Shown: in pieces, positions 19,001 to 29,200 of the stretch
Numbering within the stretch: position 1 is the stretch's first letter
Layout: each line of letters begins with the position of its first letter
Virus record (IMG/VR): IMGVR_UViG_3300021963_000438
Span: 1 to 31,873 of that record
Reading direction: 5' to 3' (one strand)
Length of the DNA stretch: 31,873 nucleotides
Source of the DNA: a virus
Taxonomy: Duplodnaviria; Caudoviricetes
Notes under the pieces: generated by a model
Told to the model about the DNA's origin: nothing
The model's database searches: none
The model's input: the letters and a program-made list of their open reading frames with translations, nothing else
Program-made: the position numbers and the translations under genes

Positions 19001-21353
19001 CAATGATGGAATTCAAAAATATAAATCATATGATTCAAATGGTGCATTAATAGAATCCACTCCAGCCAAACAAAGAACAAATGAAGTATGGAGAAGAATT
19101 ATAAATAATATACCATATTTATTAAAACATAAAGGCACAAGAAGAGGCGTATATGCGCTGATGGCTTGTTATGGTATCCCATCATCAAATCTTTCAATTT
19201 TAGAATTTGGTGGACCGGAAATAGCTGAAACTACTAAGAGTAAATTAGTATATGATAATATTACTACTGCTATTAAATTTAATAGTGGGGCATCTATTCA
19301 ATTAGATTGGAAACAAACAAATAATACTTCTAGTCTTAGACCAAATACAATTGAATTATTTATAAAACCTGAATATAATTCTAATTATACATTAATTAGT
19401 GGTAGTGGTTGGAATTTAAATTTAAGCGGTTCTAACGAAGCACTATATGGTAATGTTGTATTTAAATATGATGGTACTAATGAAATAAAATCTTCTTTAT
19501 TACCAATATTTAACGATAAATTTTTTGGTATATCGGTAAGTAGTGGTTCTAATGGATTAAAATTAGATATAAAGCAAGCTCATAAAGAAAAAACATTATT
19601 TGAACAATCAATCACATCATCTGCTATATCAAATTGGAACAATGGTTCTACCATTAAAATTGGTGGAAATTACAGTGGTAGTATTGATGAATTCCGTTTA
19701 TGGTCTGATGTACTAAATACTAATGTATTTAATGAACACGTTTCATTTCCTGAAATGATAAATGGTAATCATATATCAGCATCTACTACTGATTTGTATT
19801 TCCGCTTAGATTTTGAATACCCCAAAAACCTAGCAGTATCACAATCTTTACTAAATGTTGCAAATAATATTTTTTATCCTAAAAATTTTGTAAGAAATCA
19901 ATTTGAAGAAACTGGAAGTATTGTAAATATAACATCAACATTAAATGCACCAATAAGTGCATCTGCTATTGGATTTGCAGCATCTACATCATATCCTTAT
20001 AACTTTGAAGCAATAGATAGAAGCGTTGTATTAGAAATACCAGATTTGGGCGCAGGTAGATATTCAACTAATAAAGTTAGATTTGAATCACAAACCGATT
20101 TTAATGGTAAAGATGTGAGTGATGGTATTAATTTATCTATAAAAAGTAGAGCAACTAAAAAAGCATTTGACCAATCACCAACGGATTCAAATAGAGTGGG
20201 ATTATTTTTCTCACCGACAAAGGAATTAAATATCGATATTGCTAAATCGTTTGGTGGAATTAATTTGGATAACTATATTGGTGACCCATCGGATAATTAT
20301 AAATCAAATTACTCTCAATTAGATAATTTAAGAAATTATTATTTTCAAAGATTTGATGGTAGAGATATTTATGCATATATTAATTTAATCAAACTATATG
20401 AGAAATCTATGTTTGAAGATATTAAGAATATGCTACCGGCTAGAGTTAAAGCAACTACTGGTTTATTAATTGAACCACATATTTTAGAAAGAAGTAAAAT
20501 TGAGCAAAAAAGACCTACGGCTGACGAGTATCAAAAAGAGGCAAATATAAAATATTCAGATACAACTAAATTAGTAGCAGATTCAAATCAATATCTTGCT
20601 ATAATAAATTCAGATTTATCAGAACAATTGAATGCAGAAAATAATCAATATAGTGCTACTATATACACCGCATCTTTACAAACAACTACCGCTGATAGTT
20701 ATCAAATTGAAGCTGAATATAATTATGATGCAGAAAGTGATATATTATCTGAATATTATCAAAACGAAGTTACAATAAATGCAGAATTAGGAAATCCATC
20801 CATATTGACGGAAATTGATATAATTAATGCAAATCAAATAATTGGACAAACTGAATTAGAAACTATTGGATTTGGTATTTATGCACAAAGTGGTTCTGCT
20901 ATCAGAACATATTTTGATAAAGATGGTAGACGAGTTAAAGAAAGAGTTAGAGTACAATTAGTAACCGAACAAAAGGAAAGAGTTGTAACTAAATTTGCTG
21001 TAACTGCATCTGCAAACGGATTTGGTGACCCACGTGGAGGATATGTTTCAGATATACAATCATATAATGAAACTAAATTAAATATTCAACCATTTTCGGG
21101 CTCAATAGTACCAATTATTGGAGGTAATATAATCGATATTAAAAATGTTGATGGATATTTACCGACTCATTATAGAAACACAAATGATTTAACGAGAGGA
21201 TTACAAAACTCTTTCTTCAGAGGTTCAAAAAATACAGCAGCAACTACATTAGATGGTAGTTCTCCTATTGAAACATTTATATCAAATCCTAATACATTAA
21301 AAGTAAATAAAACAGGAAGAGATGCAAGTGAACCAATTTTGGAAGTAGATTAA
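16074..21353 (+). CDS. large baseplate wedge protein (gp7/P2 gpI-like segment plus LamG-like domain)
   Basis: NIPQYI...FFSMIGQHFD...NNIPYLLKHKGTRRGVYALMACYG (gpI-like KGT motif) and LamG-like YSGSIDEFRLWSDVL. Confidence 0.7.
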   Translation: MVKALESIFGGEPTLNSYNGEGNYDAFPSYGGAGGGGGYTPPVAPNPIYVPPTYSNEIINNSIRVNLIVEDGGEVEFLENGSSKGYGVNTTITYLPSTTFNGSKKYEVVKNGYRANEHYVVSITKTYVPASVEPMQQYDNYYNNYIGNEPFGLNTFQNSNLFNWNYNITPIVTAIDYQYSEMVSVQKYVLQSDGSYIAEDTNNFNFGTINLQFSLQGNSTILPPPPPIDFAVDQLPASIEYEVAFSSNFRQELAENVILSYTIFENDGTISDSGKLSLLDSNIIRNIEADKLKGRVDFKIEYANKPAEYNLLHIYQTTNTAKLAEAGPNSIDFTKWNNQNSSFSLPAEQLKSGISVVVFFEKEINVARPIISLDTTQYSVQVKDSDLEKEINIPFKVSNTDNVRVYIDGRTDTILVPASDGFIKLYFQKDFSEVYGTKKIILVAESSQYGTGDSVTGLVTFTAVNDFPSITEITFADIIDVPSFSDLNIDLTYEYSSFATSTIDVDLKAKDGSRIALFKNLTPNGNISINLKSLKEKFSNWNESNNVALVFKPFNRAGSEELIGNEYEIKTQLILPSIQIDENIFGVAIFDSFLSQLEIIEPEKESKYLTHLANFGNNEQILISTWENDNFTLSSKVQDELGNTVIKDEVNSILLKLYEPIPTNIVPNTTFWITKLMANPLVETIILTDQSNLKCPPLKGPNFNVDVDYVIGNSTNFESLDNLILSSSVSSSAQLISTYLSGSAFDTDTLNIEYVSGSTYLWNNFVHFSSAKERVDNFLYKVQLIEAYDGLISSASIDITNTGFINSVANQQELERQSTKRNQLVNGFDGFEKFLYTSSSTYTTNNGTSITWPYNNNGNRISSNDTSSVLPWYNNIIELATIYDNNNQNYILNNIPQYIISDENNDSLLLFFSMIGQHFDSIYYYTKSIENSRGLGYKQTGGISDKVLFDALKSFSWDAKNLAANEQLWEYAFGLNNDGIQKYKSYDSNGALIESTPAKQRTNEVWRRIINNIPYLLKHKGTRRGVYALMACYGIPSSNLSILEFGGPEIAETTKSKLVYDNITTAIKFNSGASIQLDWKQTNNTSSLRPNTIELFIKPEYNSNYTLISGSGWNLNLSGSNEALYGNVVFKYDGTNEIKSSLLPIFNDKFFGISVSSGSNGLKLDIKQAHKEKTLFEQSITSSAISNWNNGSTIKIGGNYSGSIDEFRLWSDVLNTNVFNEHVSFPEMINGNHISASTTDLYFRLDFEYPKNLAVSQSLLNVANNIFYPKNFVRNQFEETGSIVNITSTLNAPISASAIGFAASTSYPYNFEAIDRSVVLEIPDLGAGRYSTNKVRFESQTDFNGKDVSDGINLSIKSRATKKAFDQSPTDSNRVGLFFSPTKELNIDIAKSFGGINLDNYIGDPSDNYKSNYSQLDNLRNYYFQRFDGRDIYAYINLIKLYEKSMFEDIKNMLPARVKATTGLLIEPHILERSKIEQKRPTADEYQKEANIKYSDTTKLVADSNQYLAIINSDLSEQLNAENNQYSATIYTASLQTTTADSYQIEAEYNYDAESDILSEYYQNEVTINAELGNPSILTEIDIINANQIIGQTELETIGFGIYAQSGSAIRTYFDKDGRRVKERVRVQLVTEQKERVVTKFAVTASANGFGDPRGGYVSDIQSYNETKLNIQPFSGSIVPIIGGNIIDIKNVDGYLPTHYRNTNDLTRGLQNSFFRGSKNTAATTLDGSSPIETFISNPNTLKVNKTGRDASEPILEVD

Positions 21354-21371
21354 CGAAATTTTAAAAATATA

Positions 21372-21379
21372 ATATTTAT
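21372..21379 (+). promoter_or_regulatory. putative phage late promoter ATATTTAT
   Basis: Intergenic, 21 nt before ATG 21401. Confidence 0.55.
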
Positions 21380-21400
21380 AAACAAAGATAATACAATACT

Positions 21401-22024
21401 ATGGGATATTTAAGTAATACAGAATTGACTGTTGATGCAATTCTTACCAAAAAAGGTAGAGAAAAATTAGCAGCAGGACAGGGGTTAAACATCACTCAAT
21501 TTGCTTTAGCAGATGATGAGATTGATTACACCTTATATGAACCAGCACACCCAAAGGGTTCTGCTTTCTATGATTCGGCAATTAAAAATATGCCAGTTTT
21601 AGAAGCTAATCCCGATGAAACGCAAGTAATGAAATACAAATTAGTAACACTTCCTAAGAATACAACTCGTATTCCTGTGGTAGAATTTGGTGTTCCTAAT
21701 ATTGCAGTTAGTCAAAGAAGTGGTGAAGTTTCGCTTTCTCCAACAACATCTCCTGCCGGAAATAGAAGAATGGGTTATACCATTATACTTTCTAATAAAA
21801 CTGCTGGTGATATAGTAGGCGAAGGAGTTAGTGCAGATGTGGGCACAGTGCCAGTATTTATTGGTGATGATGTATCTGCAACGGCAGCAATCGCTAAAGG
21901 ATTATCTTTCAAATTTATTCCAAACCCATCATTAACTTCGACTATCAAAACAACAATAACTGTTTATGGTAACGAAACCGGTGGTTCACAAACAATTCCT
22001 GTAACCGTAACATACGTTCAATAA
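21401..22024 (+). CDS. virion structural protein, N-terminus like tail-collar fibre-attachment proteins
   Basis: AILTKKGREKLA...ITQFALADD resembles the ILTxxGxxxLA...ITxxAxGD start of P2 gpH/DUF3751. Confidence 0.55.
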   Translation: MGYLSNTELTVDAILTKKGREKLAAGQGLNITQFALADDEIDYTLYEPAHPKGSAFYDSAIKNMPVLEANPDETQVMKYKLVTLPKNTTRIPVVEFGVPNIAVSQRSGEVSLSPTTSPAGNRRMGYTIILSNKTAGDIVGEGVSADVGTVPVFIGDDVSATAAIAKGLSFKFIPNPSLTSTIKTTITVYGNETGGSQTIPVTVTYVQ

Positions 22025-22032
22025 TTTAAACT

Positions 22033-23265
22033 ATGGCATTAATAAGAGACAATAGAGGAGCCCTATTAGCAAGTAATTTATCACAATACTTAGCAGGCGC
22101 AGCAAATACCGCAGGCACTCCAATAGATACTAACGAAATGGTTAGAATCTTAAACCAATTTTTGGGCGAAGGAGAGCAAATTAGCTCTGACTTAACGACT
22201 GTAACGAATGGTATTTATAAAAAATTCGGTGCAATTGATAAAGTAACTAATAGAACAGAAGTTGTAACTTCCGGAATTTGGAGTGGGGATGCTGGTTCTT
22301 TAAATGAATTTTATACATCATCTACACAACTTAACTCCTCAACGGGTAAGTACTATTTAGATGTTTATAATGAAAATCCATTAACATCGGATATAGCTGA
22401 AGTTCAATTTTCAATAGCATATGGAGATGCAGCCGCATCCGGCTCACCTACATTAACGCAAGATGATTCATCTACGTTACCCACAAAGGCAATATATAAT
22501 CAATTAAAAAATGTATTACTAGATTCAGCCGACCCATATTTTACCGATTATGCTGGAAATAATATGAAATCATTCTACGCAATCAATGTAAATAGAGCTA
22601 GATATAAAGAAAGATTGGATCCAGGTAATATATCAATAAATTTATCAGGCTCACTTAATGGTGTTGCTAAATTTATAACATTAATAGATGATAGTGGTGG
22701 AACTGATGAAAATGTAACAACTGCGGGTAGAGTTTATTACTTAGCTAGTGGTTCATTAAATATTGGTTCAGCATTAACATCTTCAATCAATACATATACA
22801 GCATCAAATGGTGCAGGATTTGGATTATTTTACCCTGATATGGGTATCATATTATTAAACCCATCAGCTTTATCAGCATCGGTGAATGGTAATTTAATGC
22901 CAGCAGTTGGAGCAACAACCGCTAAATATCACCAATCGGGTTCATCATCTGGTTCATTAAAATTATTTGATGCACTAAATAAAGGAGCAGATTTTCAAGC
23001 TCGTAGAACTGAAAATGTTTCAACTTCACATTATTTTGTAAGAGCAAATAATAGAGAATTTAATTTTTCAAACAACCCAACATTTGTAAGTGGTTCAGTA
23101 GGGGCATTTGTTAATTCATCATTTGAAAAAGACCCTAAAGTGTATATCACTACTGTAGGTCTTTATGATGATGGAAATGAGTTGATAGCAGTAGCTAAAA
23201 CATCACAACCAATTGCAAAATCATTCGATAAAGAGATTGCAATTAAAGTTAAATTAGATTTCTAA
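22033..23265 (+). CDS. virion structural protein (paralog A) with a C-terminal ITTVGLYDD..LIAVAK domain
   Basis: Shares EFNxSxNP and ITTxGLYDDxxxLxAVAKxxQPI with the next gene. Confidence 0.7.
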   Translation: MALIRDNRGALLASNLSQYLAGAANTAGTPIDTNEMVRILNQFLGEGEQISSDLTTVTNGIYKKFGAIDKVTNRTEVVTSGIWSGDAGSLNEFYTSSTQLNSSTGKYYLDVYNENPLTSDIAEVQFSIAYGDAAASGSPTLTQDDSSTLPTKAIYNQLKNVLLDSADPYFTDYAGNNMKSFYAINVNRARYKERLDPGNISINLSGSLNGVAKFITLIDDSGGTDENVTTAGRVYYLASGSLNIGSALTSSINTYTASNGAGFGLFYPDMGIILLNPSALSASVNGNLMPAVGATTAKYHQSGSSSGSLKLFDALNKGADFQARRTENVSTSHYFVRANNREFNFSNNPTFVSGSVGAFVNSSFEKDPKVYITTVGLYDDGNELIAVAKTSQPIAKSFDKEIAIKVKLDF

Positions 23266-23289
23266 TCAGAGGATATAATTAAGACAATC

Positions 23290-23313
23290 AACCCCCTTCA
23301 ATGGGGGTTTTTT
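23290..23313 (+). terminator. intrinsic terminator
   Basis: Hairpin AACCCCC-TTCAAT-GGGGGTT followed by a T run, 24 nt after the stop at 23265. Confidence 0.85.
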
Positions 23314-23322
23314 GTTAATTTG

Positions 23323-23330
23323 ATATTTAT
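23323..23330 (+). promoter_or_regulatory. putative phage late promoter ATATTTAT
   Basis: Immediately downstream of the terminator and 7 nt before ATG 23338, which is the position expected for re-initiation. Confidence 0.6.
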
Positions 23331-23337
23331 ATATGAT

Positions 23338-24558
23338 ATGTTAAAAAGAATACCTAAATCAGATATCAGTATTCGCCCGTTTAAGGCGTATAAAGAATGG
23401 AGCTTTTCTAATGGTTCTACGCAAATTGATTTATTAGAAGCAGAATTGGGTCAATACGATTCAACTACAACCAATATAATTACAACCGGCAATTTAAGTG
23501 GTTCTTCATTTAATAAACATTCAGTATATGGCCAATTAAGGGCTCAATTTTATAATGATTTGGGAGATAATCCATTTTTAAGAAGTGGACATAAGCAAAG
23601 CATATATACTAATTCTAAATTAGCAAAAGAAAGATTTTTAAGTGGTTCTGCTAAAGTAATATCTATTCCAAATATATACATTGGTGAAGGGATAAAAAAA
23701 GGTTCGGTAGTATTAGTAGATAATGAAAACCAATTAAATGAAATATCTTATGTGGATGATTCTTTTGGGAATCTACAAGATAATAGAGACCAAATTAATA
23801 TTTCCAGAATTGATGTTGAAAATAGTATAATCAACTTTATAGATTTAGATGAAAATATATATTCGGCATCTTTAGAACTCTATATGGGTGCATTTGATAT
23901 ACAATCTGGAACATTAGATTTAATATATAATGGAATTCCAAGAGCAACAATAAATTTAATTAGTTTAGATATTGAAACTGGAATGGCAATAGCAGAAGAT
24001 ATTCCATTTCTACCCGAACAAGCGCAAGGTATTAAAATTGGTAATGTATTTTATAATCAAGGATTAATTGTAATAACGAAAGATGCCGCTAGTAGATTAG
24101 CAAATGGATGGCAATTGGATTACAAATCAACCAAAACAATTTATGAGCATGAATATCTTTTAATTGCAAATGAAGATGAATTTAATGTATCACAAAACCC
24201 ATCAGCAGTTGTTGAGGTTGGAAAGACAACTGAATTTATAACAGGCAGTGATAATAAAATATATAAAGTTACAACTAACCCTGGTACAAAATATATTAAG
24301 AAAAAATCTACATTAGAGAATGGAAATATATTAGATTATAGATTTGCATCAAATTATACATCATCAGTTAGTGGTGGGTTTGAACATTATGATTTAAGTG
24401 GTTCAATAGATAGCACGGGCTCATTCTTAGCACCATTTATTACAACAATTGGATTATATGATGATAATTGTGATTTAGTGGCTGTTGCTAAGTTACCACA
24501 ACCAATCAAATCAGAACCAGATATGCCTGTAAACTTTATTATCCGTTTTGATACTTAA
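23338..24558 (+). CDS. virion structural protein (paralog B)
   Basis: Probable start ATG 23338 (MLKRIPK). IGNVFYNQGLIVIT compares with FGLFYPDMGIILL in paralog A, and the C-terminus reads FITTIGLYDDNCDLVAVAKLPQPI. Confidence 0.7.
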   Translation: MLKRIPKSDISIRPFKAYKEWSFSNGSTQIDLLEAELGQYDSTTTNIITTGNLSGSSFNKHSVYGQLRAQFYNDLGDNPFLRSGHKQSIYTNSKLAKERFLSGSAKVISIPNIYIGEGIKKGSVVLVDNENQLNEISYVDDSFGNLQDNRDQINISRIDVENSIINFIDLDENIYSASLELYMGAFDIQSGTLDLIYNGIPRATINLISLDIETGMAIAEDIPFLPEQAQGIKIGNVFYNQGLIVITKDAASRLANGWQLDYKSTKTIYEHEYLLIANEDEFNVSQNPSAVVEVGKTTEFITGSDNKIYKVTTNPGTKYIKKKSTLENGNILDYRFASNYTSSVSGGFEHYDLSGSIDSTGSFLAPFITTIGLYDDNCDLVAVAKLPQPIKSEPDMPVNFIIRFDT

Positions 24559-24561
24559 CTT

Positions 24562-24569
24562 ATATTTAT
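24562..24569 (+). promoter_or_regulatory. putative phage late promoter ATATTTAT
   Basis: Intergenic, 17 nt before ATG 24587. Confidence 0.55.
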
Positions 24570-24586
24570 ATTAAACAAACAACATT

Positions 24587-24796
24587 ATGTCAAAGATTTT
24601 AGAATTATACAAAGCCGCTCAATCATCATTGGGTGTTGATAAAATTTCATTTGAAGCTGGTACAAATGCAAAAACACCGTACACTACAAATGATTTGAAA
24701 AAAATAGATGACCAAGTATTAACTGCCGCTAAATTTAAAACCGGAAGAGGTGGAGAGATTAGTGAAAATAAATATTCGGATTCAGTAAAAAAATAA
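24587..24796 (+). CDS. small hypothetical protein
   Basis: 69-aa ORF with an A-rich leader, filling the gap. Confidence 0.7.
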   Translation: MSKILELYKAAQSSLGVDKISFEAGTNAKTPYTTNDLKKIDDQVLTAAKFKTGRGGEISENKYSDSVKK

Positions 24797-24805
24797 ACCA
24801 ATTTA

Positions 24806-25222
24806 ATGGCTAAAAAAGTTATAAATAAAAGTAATCCTAAATGGGTTGCTAAAAAATATGGATTTAAATCCGGTTTAGAAGAAACCATATCAAAACAAAT
24901 AGAGTCCAAAGGAATTAAAGTAGAATATGAAACTGAAAAAGTTCCATACATAATTCCAGCATCAAACCACACATATAGTCCTGACTTCAAATTACCCAAT
25001 GGTATTAGAGTAGAGACAAAGGGTAGGTTTGTAGTAGCTGATAGGAAAAAACACTTGTTAGTTAAGGCTCAAAACCCCAATTTGGATATACGATTCGTAT
25101 TTTCCAATTCTAAGAACAAAATCACAAAAAACTCCAAAACCACATACGCAGATTGGTGCGATAAGAATGGTTATAAGTACGCAGATAAGGAAATACCGGA
25201 TTATTGGTTTTTAGAACCATAA
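24806..25222 (+). CDS. Holliday junction resolvase, T7 endonuclease I family
   Basis: FKSGLE..SKGIKVEYE..PYIIPASNHTYSPDFKLPNGIRVETKG..DRKKHLL..LDIRFVF closely parallels T7 gp3 as I recall it, with a PD...ETK active site. Confidence 0.92.
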   Translation: MAKKVINKSNPKWVAKKYGFKSGLEETISKQIESKGIKVEYETEKVPYIIPASNHTYSPDFKLPNGIRVETKGRFVVADRKKHLLVKAQNPNLDIRFVFSNSKNKITKNSKTTYADWCDKNGYKYADKEIPDYWFLEP

Positions 25223-25225
25223 AAA

Positions 25226-25257
25226 TTTGGTAATATCAAATATTTGTAGTATATTTG
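25226..25257 (+). promoter_or_regulatory. Bacteroidota sigma-A-type promoter
   Basis: TTTG 25226-25229, 20-nt spacer, TATATTTG 25250-25257. Shares TTTGGTA and TAGTATATTTG with the 1535 copy. Confidence 0.7.
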
Positions 25258-25261
25258 TGAT

Positions 25262-26203
25262 GTGTTAAGTAGCAATGATAAAAATAAGGTAATTAATGCC
25301 CTTACTAATGTATTGGGCCATGGTCTTACGTTGAGAGGCAACGAATTGGCATTCCATTGTCCATTTTGTAATCATCATAAGCCAAAACTCCAAGTCAATA
25401 CCGATTCTCAAAAATGGCATTGTTGGACGTGTAATAGTGGTGGTAAAAAATTAACATCTTTATTAAAAAAGTTAGATGTTGATAGAAAGACCATTTCTAT
25501 TATTAGAGAAATCTATGGTGATAGTAATTATAACCCACAATTAGAGGATGCCGATACAAAGGTGTTCATTCAATTACCAAAAGAATTTGTATCGCTTAGC
25601 GAGTCTCCTAAAGGGTTTAATCCCGAATATAAACATGCTATGTTCTACCTTACTCAAAGAGGTATTGGTATGAAAGAAATAATAAAATATAATATTGGTT
25701 ATTGTAAAGAAGGTTTGTATAGTAGAAGAGTTATTATACCATCATATGATTTAAATGGTCAATTAAATTATTTTATTTCTCGTTCATATTATACTGAAGA
25801 GAAAATGAAATATAAAAACCCACCTATCAGTAAAAATATTATAGTATTTGAATCACAAATTAATTGGAATGAACCAATTATACTTTGTGAGGGTGTATTT
25901 GATGCAATTACAATAAAAAGAAACGCAATACCATTATTAGGTAAATTCCCATCCAAACAATTGGTAGAGAAAATCTTTATGAGTGGAGTTAGTGATATTG
26001 TTATTTCATTAGATAATGATGCTATCAATGAAGCGCTTAAAGCAGCGGAATATTTTAGAAAGCAAGGTATAAATGTTAAGATGATGTATCTTAGAGATAA
26101 AGATGCATCTGATATGGGATATGAAAAATTTTATGAAGAATTAACGAAAACCAAAGAGTTTTCATCCGAAGAATTACTATTAAACAAAATAAATAGTTTA
26201 TGA
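25262..26203 (+). CDS. DNA primase (Zn ribbon plus TOPRIM)
   Basis: CPFC...HCWTC zinc ribbon, RVIIPSY, KYKNP, and TOPRIM motifs CEGVFDA and LDND; GTG start. Confidence 0.85.
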   Translation: MLSSNDKNKVINALTNVLGHGLTLRGNELAFHCPFCNHHKPKLQVNTDSQKWHCWTCNSGGKKLTSLLKKLDVDRKTISIIREIYGDSNYNPQLEDADTKVFIQLPKEFVSLSESPKGFNPEYKHAMFYLTQRGIGMKEIIKYNIGYCKEGLYSRRVIIPSYDLNGQLNYFISRSYYTEEKMKYKNPPISKNIIVFESQINWNEPIILCEGVFDAITIKRNAIPLLGKFPSKQLVEKIFMSGVSDIVISLDNDAINEALKAAEYFRKQGINVKMMYLRDKDASDMGYEKFYEELTKTKEFSSEELLLNKINSL

Positions 26204-29200
26204 AAAGATTAAAAACAATCTACCACATTGCCGATGTACATATTCGTAATGTACAAAGACATAAAGAGTACAGAAAAGTATTTGAAACAATGTTTGAAGA
26301 AATCCGTAAAAGAGGAACGGAAAATTCACTTATCTATTTAGCAGGTGATATTGCTCACGCTAAATTAGAATTATCTCCCGAATTAGTTAGAGAGATAAGT
26401 TGGCTATTTACAGAATGTTCAAAACATTGTGAAACTATCCTTATCACGGGTAATCACGATTGTAACATGAACAACTCTGATAGATTAGATGTACTTACTC
26501 CAATTGTAGAAGCCCTAAATCTACCAAACTTTACTTACCTAAGAGATACTCAAGTATATTCTATTGGTGGAATCGATTTTGGTGTATTCAGTATCTTCGA
26601 TGATAAAAAGAATTGGCCAAAAGCTGATACATTATCAGGCAACAAAAAGATTGCTTTATTTCACGGACCTGTTGATAACTCACAAACTGATATTGGATAT
26701 GTAGTATCTTCACGTCATTTTACAACCGATATGTTTGATGGTTATGATTTAGCACTATTGGGCGATATTCATAAAAGGCAAACTATGATTTCTCCAAGCG
26801 GATGTAAAGTAGTTTATGCTGGTTCGTTAGTACAACAAAACTTTGGTGAAAGTTTAAATGGACATGGATTCTTAGCTTGGGATTTAGATTCTATGAAATA
26901 CGAAGGAATTGATATTCCAAACGAATATGGATATTATACATTGGATATTGATAATGGAAAAGTTCCAATTGTAACTGATATGCCAAAAAAACCTCGTTTA
27001 AGAGTTCGATTATCGAATACGGATTCAGCTGATACAAAGAAGGTAATTACTGAAATTAAAATGCGATATGGTGTTGAAGATTTTACAATTATTAGAACCG
27101 ATTCGTTTAATAAACAAAAGACTGGAAATAGGTTAAGTAAATTAGATTTTGAAGATGTAACTGATATCAATCATCAAAATACATTGATAAGAGAATATGT
27201 TCAGAGAATGATGCCGTTTACAACTACTGAAGATTTGGATGCGTTGGAAGGCGTTAATAGAGATATTAATAGTAGAATAACGCAAGAAGAAATACATAGA
27301 AATATTCATTGGAAACCAATTAAATTTAAATTTAGTAATATGTTTTCATATGGTGAAGCTAATAAAATTGATTTTCAAAAAATTGGTGGATTGATGGGAT
27401 TATTTGCACCAAATGCAGCTGGTAAATCATCTCTATTTGATGCTATTTCATTTTGTTTATACGATAAATGTAGTAGAGCTTATAAAGCTCAAAATATTAT
27501 GAATAATCGTAAATCAGATTTTGAGTGTGAACTACACTTCCAAGTTGATGGAATCGATTTCTTTATTAAGAGAACAGCAAAAACTATTAATAAAGGTAAA
27601 AATGTAAAAGTAGATGTTCAATTTTGGAAAGAAGAGGGTGGGGTTATAACATCCTTAAATGGAACGGAAAGAAGAGATACGAATATCGTAATTGAACAAT
27701 ATGTTGGTAAGTATGAGGATTTTGTATTGACTGCATTATCGTTGCAAGGTAATAACTCTATATTCATTGATAAATCTCAAAGTGAGAGAAAAGACTTACT
27801 TGCTCAATTTATGGGATTGAATGTGTTTGATAAATTATACGAAACAGCTACCGAAGATATTAAAGAGGTGGCAGTTCTTATTAAAAACTTTAAGAAAACC
27901 GATTTTACATCTGAATTAGCAGAAAAAGGATTAGAAAGACAAACCAAAAAATCAGAACTAAGAGGATTTGAAAAAACATTAGAAAGTAGAACAATAGATG
28001 TAACCGACTTATCTGATAGAATATTAGGATTAACAAAAGAGTTAGTGCCAGTAGATGGTAATTTAGATTTAGAAATATTAGAAAAGAAAAAGAATGATAT
28101 TGGTAGGGATATCTTACATACACTTTCAGAAGAAAAACTTAAAAAAGAAAAATTAGATGGATATACTCAATCTATATCTGAAATTTCAAAATCAATTGAA
28201 GAAACAAAATATATTAACGAACAACCAATTGAAGAAGCTAAGAAAGAATGGGATATACTAAAAGGTGAAATCAATAATACCGAACGTTATATTGCATTAG
28301 TAGAACAATCTTTGGAATCAAATAAAGAGAAGTTATCACATTTAGCAGAGCATGAGTATGACCCCAATTGTAACTTTTGTATGAACAATGTATTCGTAAA
28401 GGATGCAAAGGAAACTGAAAAGAAAGTTGAAGAGCAAATAGCTGATTTGGAAGAGATGCATGGTAAATTAAATTCTTTGATTAACCAAGCTAGCCGATTA
28501 GCAGATGTGGATGAACAATGGGATGAGTTAGTTGATTTAAAATCCAAATATCAAAAAGCAATTGTAATCAAAGAAAAAACAATTGCAGAATTAAATGGAT
28601 TCATAACTCAACAGCAATTATATGATAATCAGTTGGAGCAAGTCAAAGTTGATATTCAAAAGTATCACGATAATAAAGATACTATTAAACGTAATAAACA
28701 AATAGAATCAGTAATTAATGGACTAAATAAAACCAAAAGTGAAATAGAATCAGAAATCAAATCAATCAATAAAGATATCGCCAGTTTAAATGGTTCTATT
28801 TCTTCATTAGAATCGTTTATAGAGGGGATAAAGCAGAAGATGAGTGATGTTAAGGACTTAGAAGAAAAGAACCGCCTATACACCTATTATTTGGATGCAG
28901 TTAAGAGAGATGGTATCCCTTATGAATTGATTTCCAAAGCAATGCCAGTTATTGAAAATGAAATAAATAATATATTAGGACAAGTTGTTGATTTTAGTAT
29001 TGTAATGGATATTGATGGTAAAAACATCAACGCAAAAATCGTTTACGAAGACCAAGAATGGCCATTAGAAATGTGTAGTGGTATGGAGAAATTTGTAAGT
29101 GGATTGGCTATTAGAGTAGCACTTATTAACATATGTAACCTACCTCGTCCAAACTTCTTAGTAATCGATGAAGGGTTTGGTACATTGGATGCAAATAACT

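Noticed and set aside
6903-24558. Bacterial contractile injection system (eCIS/T6SS/tailocin)
   Set aside because: The spike, gp25 and wedge genes are embedded with a primase, resolvase, phage sigma and gp46/47-like genes, with no cellular housekeeping context. A phage is the simpler explanation.
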